A stretch of 64,000 nucleotides of DNA from Candidatus Woesearchaeota archaeon (GTDB lineage Archaea > Nanobdellota > Nanobdellia > Pacearchaeales > GW2011-AR1): assembly GCA_964601175.1 (NCBI GenBank), contig CAZRMJ010000001.1:11280-75279 (forward strand), written 5' to 3'. The translations under genes and the position numbers were made by a program. The notes under the pieces are model-generated. The model ran no database searches and was not told the origin of the DNA. It worked only from the letters and a program-made list of their open reading frames with translations. Of the stretch, positions 34,694 to 43,968 are shown one piece after another. Numbering within the stretch: position 1 is the first letter of the stretch; each line of letters begins with the position of its first letter.

Positions 34694-35146
34694 TTACCAG
34701 CCATAGCTGTAATATCTATGACTTGAATAACCATACCCATATGAATATCTGTTTCTTTGTTCTAAAGCAATTCTCTTAGCTTCAAGTTGATATTCTTGCC
34801 TAGAACTCTGTTGATAAGTCTTGAAAGCTTCTTTTAGGACTGCATCATGATCTAATGATTGATAAGCATCTTGGTAATAAGGCCTATTGTCATAATAACT
34901 ACCACATCCTTTGTATCTCCAATTGTAATAACCATCACAATAAGAATAACCTCTATTTGGATAAGAGTATCTAGTATCTGTATCTGTAAATGATATCTTG
35001 AAACCTCTATCCTGACCATTTACATTTTCATTATAAGCAAAACTATCTTTATCTGTATAAGTATAAGTGTTATATCCATAAGCAGATACACTAGAAACTA
35101 AAAGGAAAGCTAGTAAAATTGAAAGTAAAATTCTGTTGCTTTTCAT
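34694..35146 (-). CDS. Secreted Tyr/Gly-rich low-complexity protein
   Basis: 150 aa. Signal peptide and a very high Tyr content (…YSYGYGYSSHRYYSYGW). Confidence 0.5.
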   Translation of the reverse strand: MKSNRILLSILLAFLLVSSVSAYGYNTYTYTDKDSFAYNENVNGQDRGFKISFTDTDTRYSYPNRGYSYCDGYYNWRYKGCGSYYDNRPYYQDAYQSLDHDAVLKEAFKTYQQSSRQEYQLEAKRIALEQRNRYSYGYGYSSHRYYSYGW

Positions 35147-35232
35147 AAAAATGAAGGTTCGTTTAATTATTTAAATCTTAGCATTAGTAAAAAACTAGTT
35201 ACAAATATAAATTGTAAATGTCATAAGTAAAC

Positions 35233-35613
35233 ATGAAAGAAGTAGATTGGAAGAAAAAATTAACTAAAGAACAATATCATGTATTGAGAGAAAAGGGAAC
35301 TGAAAGACCTTTTACCGGAAAATTTTACGATAATAAAGAAAATGGAATGTATGTTTGTGCTGCATGTGGAACAGAACTTTTTGATTCAGATGTAAAATTT
35401 GACTCTGGAACTGGTTGGCCAAGTTTCTATGATGCAAAACCAGGAGCAGTCAAGTTTGTAGAAGACAATAGCTTAGGAATGAGCAGAACTGAAGTAGTTT
35501 GTGCAAAATGCGGGGGACATTTAGGCCACATATTTAATGATGGTCCAAGAGAAAAAACAGGAAAGAGATTTTGCATAAATTCATGTTCTTTAGATTTTAA
35601 AAAGAAAAAATAA
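35233..35613 (+). CDS. msrB: Peptide-methionine (R)-S-oxide reductase
   Basis: 126 aa. GTERPFTG, two CxxC pairs, [15 protein letters not shown] and RFCINS. Confidence 0.95.
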   Translation: MKEVDWKKKLTKEQYHVLREKGTERPFTGKFYDNKENGMYVCAACGTELFDSDVKFDSGTGWPSFYDAKPGAVKFVEDNSLGMSRTEVVCAKCGGHLGHIFNDGPREKTGKRFCINSCSLDFKKKK

Positions 35614-35668
35614 GTAAAAAATCAAAACAGATACAAATGTTTAAATAGCTAACAAATTCAGATATAGC

Positions 35669-36301
35669 ATGTCCGATATATTAAAAGCTCTAAACTGGAG
35701 ATATGCAACAAAAAAGTTTGATGCATCCAAAAAAATATCTAATGAAGATCTAAATGAATTGTTAGAAGTATTGATGTTAGCTCCATCCTCATTTGGTCTT
35801 CAGCCATATAAATTTGTAGTTATAAACAATCACGAATTAAGATCAAAAATCAAGGAACATGCTTGGCACCAATCACAAATAACTGATGCATCTCATCTTA
35901 TTGCAATATGTGCAAAGAAAGATGTTTCTGAAGAATACATAAAGGAATTTGTACAAAATACAGCAGATAAAAGAAAAATACCTGTTGAATCATTAAACAG
36001 CTACAAGGACATGATGGTCAACTTCAGAAAAAGTCTTACTAAAGAACAAACAGAAGATTGGTCTAAAAGACAAAGCTATATTGCATTAGGAATGTTATTG
36101 CAAACAGCTGCTATGAAAAAAATAGATGCATGTCCAATGGAAGGTTTCAATCCTCAAGAAGTGAATAAGATATTAGGACTAGATGATCAAGGGTTAACAA
36201 CTGTTGCCCTATGTGCATTAGGCCATAGATCCTCTGAAGATAGTTATGCAGATTATGCTAAAGTAAGATTATCAAAAGATAAAACAATAAAAACATTGTA
36301 A
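35669..36301 (+). CDS. Nitroreductase-family NAD(P)H oxidoreductase
   Basis: 210 aa. RYATKKF, APSSFGLQPYKF and the MEGF blocks are typical of the NfsB-like family. Confidence 0.85.
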   Translation: MSDILKALNWRYATKKFDASKKISNEDLNELLEVLMLAPSSFGLQPYKFVVINNHELRSKIKEHAWHQSQITDASHLIAICAKKDVSEEYIKEFVQNTADKRKIPVESLNSYKDMMVNFRKSLTKEQTEDWSKRQSYIALGMLLQTAAMKKIDACPMEGFNPQEVNKILGLDDQGLTTVALCALGHRSSEDSYADYAKVRLSKDKTIKTL

Positions 36302-36339
36302 CTAAGTAAACTTATATATCTTAAAAATTTAAAGTACTA

Positions 36340-37275
36340 ATGAATAAAAGAGCGAGTGCGATAAATACAATTATCATCATACTTTTATTGGGAGTCATAG
36401 GATTTTCAGCATATTACTTATACCAAAATATGCCTGGAGATCCAATAAATCTTAAAACATTAATTACAAAACAGCCATTGGTAAATAATAGCATACCTAG
36501 CAAACAATTTTATGACAGAATGAGATATCCTGATAGAAAAATAAGCTATTATATTTCTGAGTCATGTCCCAAAACTAAATATGATTACATGGTAAAAGCA
36601 TTTCAAGAAATTGATTCAAAAACCATACTTTCATTTAGTCAAACATCTAAAGAAAATGCTGAAATAAGTGTATTGTGTTCTGACGTATCTCCAACAACAG
36701 AAGAAAGAGGACATTTTGTAGCCGGAGAAGGAGGACCATCAAAGATAATAAATTCAACTTTATACTCCATTATATTAGAAGGAAAAATAGCATTATACAG
36801 AGAAAGCTCATGTAAAAACTCAAATGTTGCAATTCATGAACTATTGCACACATTAGGTTTTGATCATAATAATAATCCAAAAAGCATACTTTACCCAACA
36901 TTAAATTGCGATCAAACAATAGACCAAGAGATAATAGATAGCATTGATGAATTATATGAAGCAGATTCTCTTCCAGATCTTGCATTTGATTCTTTAAATG
37001 TAACAAAAAAAGGAAGATATCTAGACTTTAATATGAATGTAGTAAATCAAGGATTAGATTCTGCAAACAACATACAAGTAGGAGTTTATGCAGACAACAA
37101 ATTTGTACAATCATTTGATCTAAACTCAATCTCCATAGGTGCAAAGAAAATAGTTAATGTAGAAAATCTAAAAATACCTATAGGTGCAAAGAAAATAGAA
37201 TTTATTATAGATTATAATAATCAAATATCTGAACTATTTGAAAACAACAATAAAATAGAAGTGAATACTGCTTAA
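36340..37275 (+). CDS. Membrane-anchored metzincin-type zinc protease with C-terminal CARDB-like domain
   Basis: 311 aa. HELLHTLGFDH (HExxHxxGxxH). The C-terminal ~100 aa are Ig-like (PDLAF..LNVT...NQG...). Confidence 0.8.
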   Translation: MNKRASAINTIIIILLLGVIGFSAYYLYQNMPGDPINLKTLITKQPLVNNSIPSKQFYDRMRYPDRKISYYISESCPKTKYDYMVKAFQEIDSKTILSFSQTSKENAEISVLCSDVSPTTEERGHFVAGEGGPSKIINSTLYSIILEGKIALYRESSCKNSNVAIHELLHTLGFDHNNNPKSILYPTLNCDQTIDQEIIDSIDELYEADSLPDLAFDSLNVTKKGRYLDFNMNVVNQGLDSANNIQVGVYADNKFVQSFDLNSISIGAKKIVNVENLKIPIGAKKIEFIIDYNNQISELFENNNKIEVNTA

Positions 37276-37319
37276 GGCCAAAGGGAATATTTATATACCC
37301 ACTATAGCCACAATATAAC

Positions 37320-37556
37320 ATGGAAAAAACAACTATTCAGATAAGCAATAAAACTCTTGAAAGATTGAAGATGCTTAAGATTGTTGAGAAGCAGTCTTAT
37401 GATGACATACTCAATAGTTTAATAGATAATAGAGATGAAGAAATTCTGAGTAATGAAGAAATAGAAGAAATTAAACTAGGTCTTGAAGATATTAAAAAAG
37501 GAAAGTTAAGACATATAGAAGATATTGCTAAAGAATTGGGAATATATTTAGGTTAA
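37320..37556 (+). CDS. Antitoxin (RHH/RelB-like) of a type II TA pair
   Basis: 78 aa. Its stop lies 1 nt before the RelE start. N-terminus TTIQISNKTLERLKMLK looks RHH-like. Confidence 0.6.
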   Translation: MEKTTIQISNKTLERLKMLKIVEKQSYDDILNSLIDNRDEEILSNEEIEEIKLGLEDIKKGKLRHIEDIAKELGIYLG

Positions 37557-37557
37557 A

Positions 37558-37806
37558 ATGTATTCTATTGAATTTACTGCTACTGCTGAGAAATTCTTAA
37601 AAAAATTAGAGAAAAAAGATGCAGAATTGATATTAAAAAAAATATATGAAATAAGAGAAAATCCATTTAGATTTCTGAAAAGATTACAGGGAGAAAAATT
37701 ATGGAGGTTAAGAATATCTGACTTTAGAGCAATTTTGGATGTAATAGTATCAGGCAATAAGATAGTCGTTATTAGAATTGGACATAGGAAAAATATTTAC
37801 AGCTAA
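37558..37806 (+). CDS. relE: RelE/StbE-family mRNA-interferase toxin
   Basis: 82 aa. LWRLRISDFRAILDVI...IVVIRIGHRKNIY matches the RelE/ParE-fold pattern. Confidence 0.8.
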   Translation: MYSIEFTATAEKFLKKLEKKDAELILKKIYEIRENPFRFLKRLQGEKLWRLRISDFRAILDVIVSGNKIVVIRIGHRKNIYS

Positions 37807-37844
37807 ACTTGTTCGTAATCGTACGTTCGAATCCTTAAAAGTAA

Positions 37845-37927
37845 TGCGGGAGCTAGGATTCGAACCTAGGTAAGCACTAAGCATCACGGCCTTAACGTGA
37901 CCCATTTGACCGCTCTGGCACCCCCGC
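37845..37927 (-). tRNA. tRNA-Leu (anticodon reads AAG in the standard 5-bp stem/7-nt loop fold)
   Basis: Minus-strand read: GCGGGGG TG CCAGAGCGGTCAAATGGG TCACG TTAAGGC CGTGA + long variable arm + CTAGG TTCGAAT CCTAG CTCCCGC A. 83 nt. Confidence 0.85.
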
Positions 37928-38008
37928 ACGTATCTGTCAAATAATAACAGCTTTTAAGGCTTACTAAATTCAAAACACTTTTATAACATCTATCATACAA
38001 AACCTAGC

Positions 38009-40048
38009 ATGACAAAAAAAGAGCAATCTAGGCTTCAAAGCCTACAGTCGAATCACGTTAGTTCGTGGAAACCAAAAGAGACAGTTATTTTACCAGATGA
38101 CTTTGAAGAATTAATTCAAGGAACTCTTAAAACTGCAGATTCTCTTTCATTCTTAAAAGATGAGGAGAAAAAAACAGAAAATATCTTTTCTCAAGTAAAC
38201 TGGGATCTAAATGATAAAAATGGTAAAATAACCCCTTTAAAATTTTCAAATGGTAAAACTCAAGAGGATATAGTAAGCGAAATATTAGAATCTATAAAAT
38301 CTGGAGAGAAAATAATTTTCTTACACGGTGCATGCGGTACAGGAAAATCTGCAATAGCATTAAACGTAGCTCGCAAATTAGGAAAGAGTTCAATAATTGT
38401 TCCAGTAAAAACTCTTCAAAGACAGTATGAAGATGATTATGCTGAAAGAAAGTTTTTGTACAAACCAGATGGTAAAAAAATGAAAATAGCCGTACTTACT
38501 GGAAGAGAAAACCATGATTCAATAGTAAACCCTGGGGTTTCATGTGCAGATCCGGAATTACCTGAAAACATCAAAATATCTGAAAAAAATTATTCAAAAT
38601 TAGCAGATCATTTTAGAAATAATCCTTTTGTTTCAGGACAAGATCTTCCAGATTACAAACACATAAGAAGATTATCGATAGCTCCTGCAAATCCTTATTG
38701 GAGTCCAATAGTTCCTTCAAGTTATGACTTAAACCAATTAAAAGATGCAAAAAAAATAAAATATGAAGGATGCGATGGAAGAGAGTATACTTTCTATCAT
38801 AGAAGGCCTGGATGCTCTTATTATGATCAATATTTAGCTTACAAAGATGCAGATGTAATAATATTTAATGGAGCCAAATACAAAGCAGAATTAGCGCTTG
38901 GAAGAAAACCCTCAACAGAAATAGAAATAATAGATGAAGCAGATGAATTTCTAGACAGCTTATTCCAACAAGATGAAATAAATTTAACAAGACTAGGAAA
39001 TAATCTATCAACCATAGTTCCAGAAAGCTTAGAATCAAAAGAGACAATAAAAGAAATTCTTTCAATAATAGGATTAGAAGAACAAAACAAAAGAGCATTA
39101 GGAGTAGATGAAAATGAGATACATAATCTGGATGAAACTAGAGTCAAAAAAATATTCAAACTAATCACTAAAGATAAAGAACTTGAATCTGAGATACTTG
39201 TAGATGAAAACAATTATTCTAACAAGGCACTTGAAATAGCACGGAATTTAGAAGAAATGACTGAAGAAGTATATCTAACTTACAGAAAAGAAGACGAAAA
39301 TCTGATAATAAAACTTGTAAGTACAAATCTATCTCAAAAAATATCAGAACTATTAGACAAAAGCAAAGTACTCTTATTTATGTCAGGAACTCTTCATTCT
39401 GAAAATGTATTAAAAAATATATTTTCATTAAAAAAATTCAAAATAATACAAGCAGAAACCCTAAATCAAGGATCTATAGAGATAGTAATGACTGGAAAAG
39501 AAAGAGACTGTAAATATTCCAATTTCAAAGATGGAGGTTATACTAGAAAAGAATATCTGGAAGCACTAAATCTCTCTGTAGAAAGAGCAAAAAGACCAAC
39601 TTTAATCCATGTAAATGCGTTTCAAGATCTTCCAACAGATCAAGAAAAAGTAAAATATAATCTTAAGGAATTAACGAGTCAAGAAAATCTGATAAGTCTT
39701 CAAAAAGAAGATAAAACTGGAAGAGTCATTTCACTATTCAAACAAGGCCTAAACAATAAGTTATTTTCAACAAAATGTACTAGGGGAATAGATTTCCCAG
39801 GAAATATGTGCAATTCAGTAATATTCACAAAATATCCTAATCCAAATATTTCAGATACATTCTGGAAAATACTTCAAAAAACACACCCAGATAATTTCTG
39901 GGAATTTTATAGAGATAAAGCATATAGAGAATTCCTTCAAAGAATATATAGAGCAGTTAGATCAAAAGAAGATCACGTGTATATATTATCTCCAGACATA
40001 AGAGTTCTACAATCAGTAAGGAGATTACAAAACGGACAAAACAATTAA
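38009..40048 (+). CDS. Rad3/XPD/DinG-like SF2 helicase (Helicase_C_2 type)
   Basis: 679 aa. HGACGTGKS (Walker A), IIDEADEF, LLFMSGTL, TRGIDFPG, RIYRAVRSKEDHVYILSPDIR. Confidence 0.55.
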   Translation: MTKKEQSRLQSLQSNHVSSWKPKETVILPDDFEELIQGTLKTADSLSFLKDEEKKTENIFSQVNWDLNDKNGKITPLKFSNGKTQEDIVSEILESIKSGEKIIFLHGACGTGKSAIALNVARKLGKSSIIVPVKTLQRQYEDDYAERKFLYKPDGKKMKIAVLTGRENHDSIVNPGVSCADPELPENIKISEKNYSKLADHFRNNPFVSGQDLPDYKHIRRLSIAPANPYWSPIVPSSYDLNQLKDAKKIKYEGCDGREYTFYHRRPGCSYYDQYLAYKDADVIIFNGAKYKAELALGRKPSTEIEIIDEADEFLDSLFQQDEINLTRLGNNLSTIVPESLESKETIKEILSIIGLEEQNKRALGVDENEIHNLDETRVKKIFKLITKDKELESEILVDENNYSNKALEIARNLEEMTEEVYLTYRKEDENLIIKLVSTNLSQKISELLDKSKVLLFMSGTLHSENVLKNIFSLKKFKIIQAETLNQGSIEIVMTGKERDCKYSNFKDGGYTRKEYLEALNLSVERAKRPTLIHVNAFQDLPTDQEKVKYNLKELTSQENLISLQKEDKTGRVISLFKQGLNNKLFSTKCTRGIDFPGNMCNSVIFTKYPNPNISDTFWKILQKTHPDNFWEFYRDKAYREFLQRIYRAVRSKEDHVYILSPDIRVLQSVRRLQNGQNN

Positions 40049-40251
40049 TTCTTCTTATCTTTTTTTAACTTGCTGTGTACATTTTTGTAAGCTTCAGTCC
40101 AAGCAACTCTTTTTCTATCTCTTTTAAGTTTCAATGTACTTTTCATACATTTTGAACTACAAAAATAACTTGTACTTCCATCATTCTTTAACAAATAAGT
40201 ACCCTTGAAATCTTCTTGTTCTCTCCCACAAAAATTACATTTAGAGATCAT
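40045..40251 (-). CDS. rpl24e: Ribosomal protein L24e
   Basis: 68 aa. CNFCGREQEDFKGTYLLKNDGSTSYFCSSKC zinc-ribbon pattern of L24e. Confidence 0.9.
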   Translation of the reverse strand: MISKCNFCGREQEDFKGTYLLKNDGSTSYFCSSKCMKSTLKLKRDRKRVAWTEAYKNVHSKLKKDKKN

Positions 40252-40559
40252 TATGAATGTGCTCCCTTTGTAGCTCCCTTAACACGGCGAGCTTCAATTT
40301 CAGTTTCTCTCAATGTGATAAGATCTCCTATTCTAACAGGGCCTTTAACATTTCTACGCATTTCTTTTCCTTCATTTTTACCTTCTAGAATCTTACATTC
40401 GACCTGAGTAATTTCTCCCCTAGCACCAGTTCTTAATATTAATTTTTGAACTACTGCTTTAGCAGGTTGTTCGTTAGAAAGTTTAGTAGGAGAACTAGAA
40501 GTTGTCGATTGAGAACTATTATCCTTAGCAGGTCTTTGTTTACCTCCACCCATTATCAC
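40251..40559 (-). CDS. rps28e: Ribosomal protein S28e with a ~35-aa N-terminal extension
   Basis: The C-terminal 65 aa (AKAVVQKLILRTGARGEITQVECKILEGKNEGKEMRRNVKGPVRIGDLITLRETEIEARR) form the S28e core. Confidence 0.9.
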   Translation of the reverse strand: MIMGGGKQRPAKDNSSQSTTSSSPTKLSNEQPAKAVVQKLILRTGARGEITQVECKILEGKNEGKEMRRNVKGPVRIGDLITLRETEIEARRVKGATKGAHS

Positions 40560-40882
40560 TTACCTCTTGTCTTTAATGCTTGTATTTCTTTATCTGCTTC
40601 ACCTGCATCAATTATAGCAACAGCACTAGTAGAAACAGGAATTCCAACAGCAACACCAAGCTTTTGTTTTGAGTCAACTTCAAAAGAAGGAATGCCCTTC
40701 TCTTTAGCAATAACGGATAAATGTGAAACAATTTCTTTAGGAGAAACATCTGCAGCATAAAATACAGCTTTAGCAACTCCTCTTTCTATAGCCTTAGTAA
40801 CTTCGTTAGTACCTTTGTCAACTTTTCCAGTTTTTCTTGCCTTTTCTATTATGTTGTAGTAATCCATTTTTTCGTGAGCCAA
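40556..40882 (-). CDS. rpl7ae: Ribosomal protein L7Ae
   Basis: GTNEVTKAIERGVAKAVFYAADVSPKEIVSHL...KGIPSFEVDSKQKLG. The track start is TTG; an ATG at 40867 (MDYYN) is an alternative. Confidence 0.9.
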   Translation of the reverse strand: MAHEKMDYYNIIEKARKTGKVDKGTNEVTKAIERGVAKAVFYAADVSPKEIVSHLSVIAKEKGIPSFEVDSKQKLGVAVGIPVSTSAVAIIDAGEADKEIQALKTRGK

Positions 40883-40960
40883 ACAAAAGAAGATGCCTCC
40901 TTAAGTCATTGGCATATGTGGGTAAAAATATGAGTATATAAAGTTTTCTTATGACAAAGA

Positions 40961-41617
40961 TCAAGATCCAAAAGCTAATTTTAATACAGGAAGAAAGATA
41001 ATTCCAAAAACAACCCATTGAATAAATAATGCTATGAGCCCAAAGGCATACTTCTTAAGATAAGATGCTTTATTTCCTCTAAATCTTCCCTCTGTAACCA
41101 TTAAAGCAAGAGAAGGAAATAGCCCGTAAACAAAAATTATAATCAGAGCATAAAGTGAACCTATGATTGGAGAGTTAAATATACCAATTAAAACCTGACC
41201 AGAACGTTCAACAAAAACGCCATATATTCCAGTAATTAAAAATACCTCTTTCTTTGAATATTTATAACGCTTTAACAAAAAGTACCATGCAAACATAACC
41301 AGCGAATAATATACAAAACCAAAAAGAATATCTTTAACAGGACTTGCACTCAACAATACTCTTTGATCTGCAGAGATATCTAAATTCTCAATTATTGCGA
41401 GTAACTCTGTAATTAAACCGAAAATAACTCCAGAAATTACAAAGGCTGCTAATGGAGAAAATCGATTCAGAAAAAGAAAAATTTTATCTTTAAAAAAATA
41501 GGTAACTATAGCTAAAGGTGCAAGAAAAGCCATAGGTCCACTTGTAAATCCTAAAAATGTGAAAATAATTGCTATAAAAATTAAAAAAATATGTTTTTTC
41601 ATAAATAAATAAAACAA
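40961..41617 (-). CDS. Membrane protein (6-7 TM)
   Basis: 218 aa, hydrophobic. Confidence 0.5.
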   Translation of the reverse strand: MFYLFMKKHIFLIFIAIIFTFLGFTSGPMAFLAPLAIVTYFFKDKIFLFLNRFSPLAAFVISGVIFGLITELLAIIENLDISADQRVLLSASPVKDILFGFVYYSLVMFAWYFLLKRYKYSKKEVFLITGIYGVFVERSGQVLIGIFNSPIIGSLYALIIIFVYGLFPSLALMVTEGRFRGNKASYLKKYAFGLIALFIQWVVFGIIFLPVLKLAFGS

Positions 41618-41673
41618 AATTACTATATATAGTTTACAAAAATTTTAAATACCCTTTGAACTTTAACAAAAAG

Positions 41674-42297
41674 ATGATAAAAAAGACATTTACAATACTA
41701 TCATTATCTTTCATCATTCTAGCTTCATTAGTAATTGCTGCGGGAAGTTCTACTGGATCAGGAAATAACAATGCTCCTGCAAGAGTTACTGCTTCTCAAG
41801 TGGGCACAGTATCAACATGTGAAGATATAGAAACAGTAGAGGGAAGAATTAAGTGCAGACTTGAAAACAGAGAATTAGCAAGAGAAGAAAAGAATAATTC
41901 TGTAGAAGAAGCTTGTAGATCAGGTTCAAACGCTACAAAAAGAGCTTGTGAAGCACTTTACCAAAGATCTGCAAGATGTTATCAAGAATCAAACAATGAT
42001 ACTAAAAGAAGGTGCCTTTTACAAGAATCAGGAATAAATTTCAATAAAGGTGGAACATTTAGAGCAGCCCCTGAAGAGTCAAAAAGAAATTATGTTGTTT
42101 TACTATTATATGAACTTCAAGAAAGAATCGAAAATGCTCAACAAACAGGAAAAATAACCTCTGATCAAGCAGCAAGCCTTATAGCTAAAATAGTCGAAAT
42201 AAAGAAAATGACTATAGCTGGAGATACAAGAGCAAATATAGTTGTAAAAATAAATGAATTCAGAAAAGAATTCAAAAACACATTTGGAGGAGCATAA
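41674..42297 (+). CDS. Secreted Cys-containing helical protein
   Basis: I take the ATG at 41674 (MIKKTFTILSLSFIILASLVIAAG signal); the track extends to TTG 41656. TATA at 41643-41651 fits a leaderless start. Confidence 0.5.
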   Translation: MIKKTFTILSLSFIILASLVIAAGSSTGSGNNNAPARVTASQVGTVSTCEDIETVEGRIKCRLENRELAREEKNNSVEEACRSGSNATKRACEALYQRSARCYQESNNDTKRRCLLQESGINFNKGGTFRAAPEESKRNYVVLLLYELQERIENAQQTGKITSDQAASLIAKIVEIKKMTIAGDTRANIVVKINEFRKEFKNTFGGA

Positions 42298-42299
42298 TA

Positions 42300-42503
42300 A
42301 TGAAAATAATAATTTGGGCAATAGTTGCAATAGTAGTAATAGGGGGCTTAGCTTGGTTTATGTCATCTGATTCAAGCCAAAGCAGCACAAGCAATACAGA
42401 AAATCAAAATACTGGACCTCAAGAGATCACAGAAAGCGGAAACATAAATTCTAACGATCAAGTATTTAACGAAATAGATAATGCCTTATCTGCATTAGGC
42501 TAG
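42300..42503 (+). CDS. Small N-terminally anchored protein
   Basis: 67 aa. One TM helix, then a Ser/Asn/Gln-rich tail. Confidence 0.4.
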   Translation: MKIIIWAIVAIVVIGGLAWFMSSDSSQSSTSNTENQNTGPQEITESGNINSNDQVFNEIDNALSALG

Positions 42504-42543
42504 TTTTCTAAAAACTTATATATCTTCGATAGTCTAAATAAAT

Positions 42544-43452
42544 ATGGTAGAAAGAATATCATTTCACGAAGAAATAAGAAAAAACAAAATAAGGTCTGTT
42601 ATTTTAATGTTTTTTGTAATGTTAATACTAATATTATTAGGATATGTAATCTCATTTGTATTTGATCCTTCTTACTTTTTTTTCATAATGATTTTATCTA
42701 TAATAATCTCTATATCCTATACATTAATTAGTTATTATAATTCGGATAAAATAGCTATTGCATCAGTTAATGCAAAACCTGCATCAAGCATACATCATAG
42801 AAACTTCATAGAAGCTGCAGAAAACATGGCCTTAGCATCTGGACTTCCATTACCAAAGCTATATGTGATGAATTCAGAACAGATAAATGCGTTTGCTTCA
42901 GGAAGAGATCCAAAAAACGCAGTAATATGCGTTACAACTGGAGCCTTGAATAAATTGAATAAACAAGAGTTAGAAGGAGTCATAGGACATGAAATGTCCC
43001 ACATAGCAAACTATGATGTTAGATTCATGACCTTTGCAGCAGTAGCAATAGGAATGATCTCAATTATTGCAGAACTTTTCCTAAGAAGTTTATGGTTCTC
43101 AAATAGAAACGATAGGGAAAGAGATGGAAGAGCACAAATTATACTAATCGTAATAGGAATAGCATTATCTATATTAGCGCCAATTCTAGCTAATTTAGTT
43201 TCATTAGCAATATCAAGGCGCAGAGAATATGCTGCAGATGCAACTGGAGTTAAATTAACAAGATATCCCCCAGGATTGGCTTCAGCATTAAAAAAAATAA
43301 AGACAGATTATTCAAATAATTCAGAGAAAAGAAAGTTTCCAAAAGCAGTAGCACCATTATTTATCTCAGACCCCTTTAAAAAGAAATTTCAAAACATATT
43401 TTCAACACATCCAGATATCGACGATAGAATTAGAAAGCTAGAAAGGATGTAA
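42544..43452 (+). CDS. htpX: HtpX-like M48 zinc metalloprotease
   Basis: 302 aa. NAFASG, GVIGHEMSHIANYD (HExxH), REYAADA and STHPDIDDRI. Confidence 0.9.
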   Translation: MVERISFHEEIRKNKIRSVILMFFVMLILILLGYVISFVFDPSYFFFIMILSIIISISYTLISYYNSDKIAIASVNAKPASSIHHRNFIEAAENMALASGLPLPKLYVMNSEQINAFASGRDPKNAVICVTTGALNKLNKQELEGVIGHEMSHIANYDVRFMTFAAVAIGMISIIAELFLRSLWFSNRNDRERDGRAQIILIVIGIALSILAPILANLVSLAISRRREYAADATGVKLTRYPPGLASALKKIKTDYSNNSEKRKFPKAVAPLFISDPFKKKFQNIFSTHPDIDDRIRKLERM

Positions 43453-43638
43453 TCATAAAGTTCTCATTAATATATGTAAATAGAATATAGAAAATTTTAT
43501 AAAGATAATCTCTTAGTAATTTATATGAATAGAGGAGCAATGAGTAGTTCTTGGAATTATTCTAACTGCAAGTCTATTAAGATTAAGTTTCGCACTTCAA
43601 ATTAGTGCCCTCTTCTTCTTCTAAAACAATATCACAAA

Positions 43639-43968
43639 ATGAGCGGCACTATTAACAAATCACGTAATGGAAATTTGATCAATCTAGCTAGCAGGCAGAG
43701 CTGCGTTAGAGTAATAAGAAGATCAAATCTACCAGTAATCTTGAAAGCAGAGACTGAAAAATTCATAGAGAGAAATCTAATACCTGAATGTGGTCGAGTT
43801 TCCCCAAATTGCCTAAAAGCATTCATGATAAAAACAGCTCAAAAAATGGGATTAAACAGGATAATTCCTTACCTATCTAATATGTTTAAATCAAACATAG
43901 GGTATAGAGGATACTTCTTAGACCAAGGAAATTTGTTCAGAGTTGAGCTCTCTAATTATGTTGATTAA
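43639..43968 (+). CDS. Doubtful ORF
   Basis: 109 aa with atypical composition. Its last 51 nt overlap the convergent HAD gene. Confidence 0.25.
   Translation: MSGTINKSRNGNLINLASRQSCVRVIRRSNLPVILKAETEKFIERNLIPECGRVSPNCLKAFMIKTAQKMGLNRIIPYLSNMFKSNIGYRGYFLDQGNLFRVELSNYVD

Noticed and set aside
37135-37198. Exact 19-nt direct repeat ataggtgcaaagaaaatag (37135-37153 and 37180-37198)
   Set aside because: It lies in frame, 45 nt apart, inside the CARDB-like domain of the metalloprotease, giving IGAKKI twice. This is a small internal duplication, not a CRISPR or mobile-element repeat.
37825-37834. T-loop-like gttcgaatcc downstream of relE
   Set aside because: No acceptor, D or anticodon arms can be folded around it. 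It is too short to call a tRNA fragment with confidence, and it is mentioned only as context.
40216-41018. ORFs 40216-40407, 40446-40760 and 40818-41018
   Set aside because: These are shadows of the L24e/S28e/L7Ae operon and of its upstream spacer.
43453-43968. Possible gene(s) in the htpX-HAD spacer (ORFs 43632-43826 minus and 43639-43968 plus)
   Set aside because: They overlap each other on opposite strands. The plus-strand ORF overlaps the convergent HAD gene by 51 nt and has atypical composition. It is kept only as a low-confidence feature.
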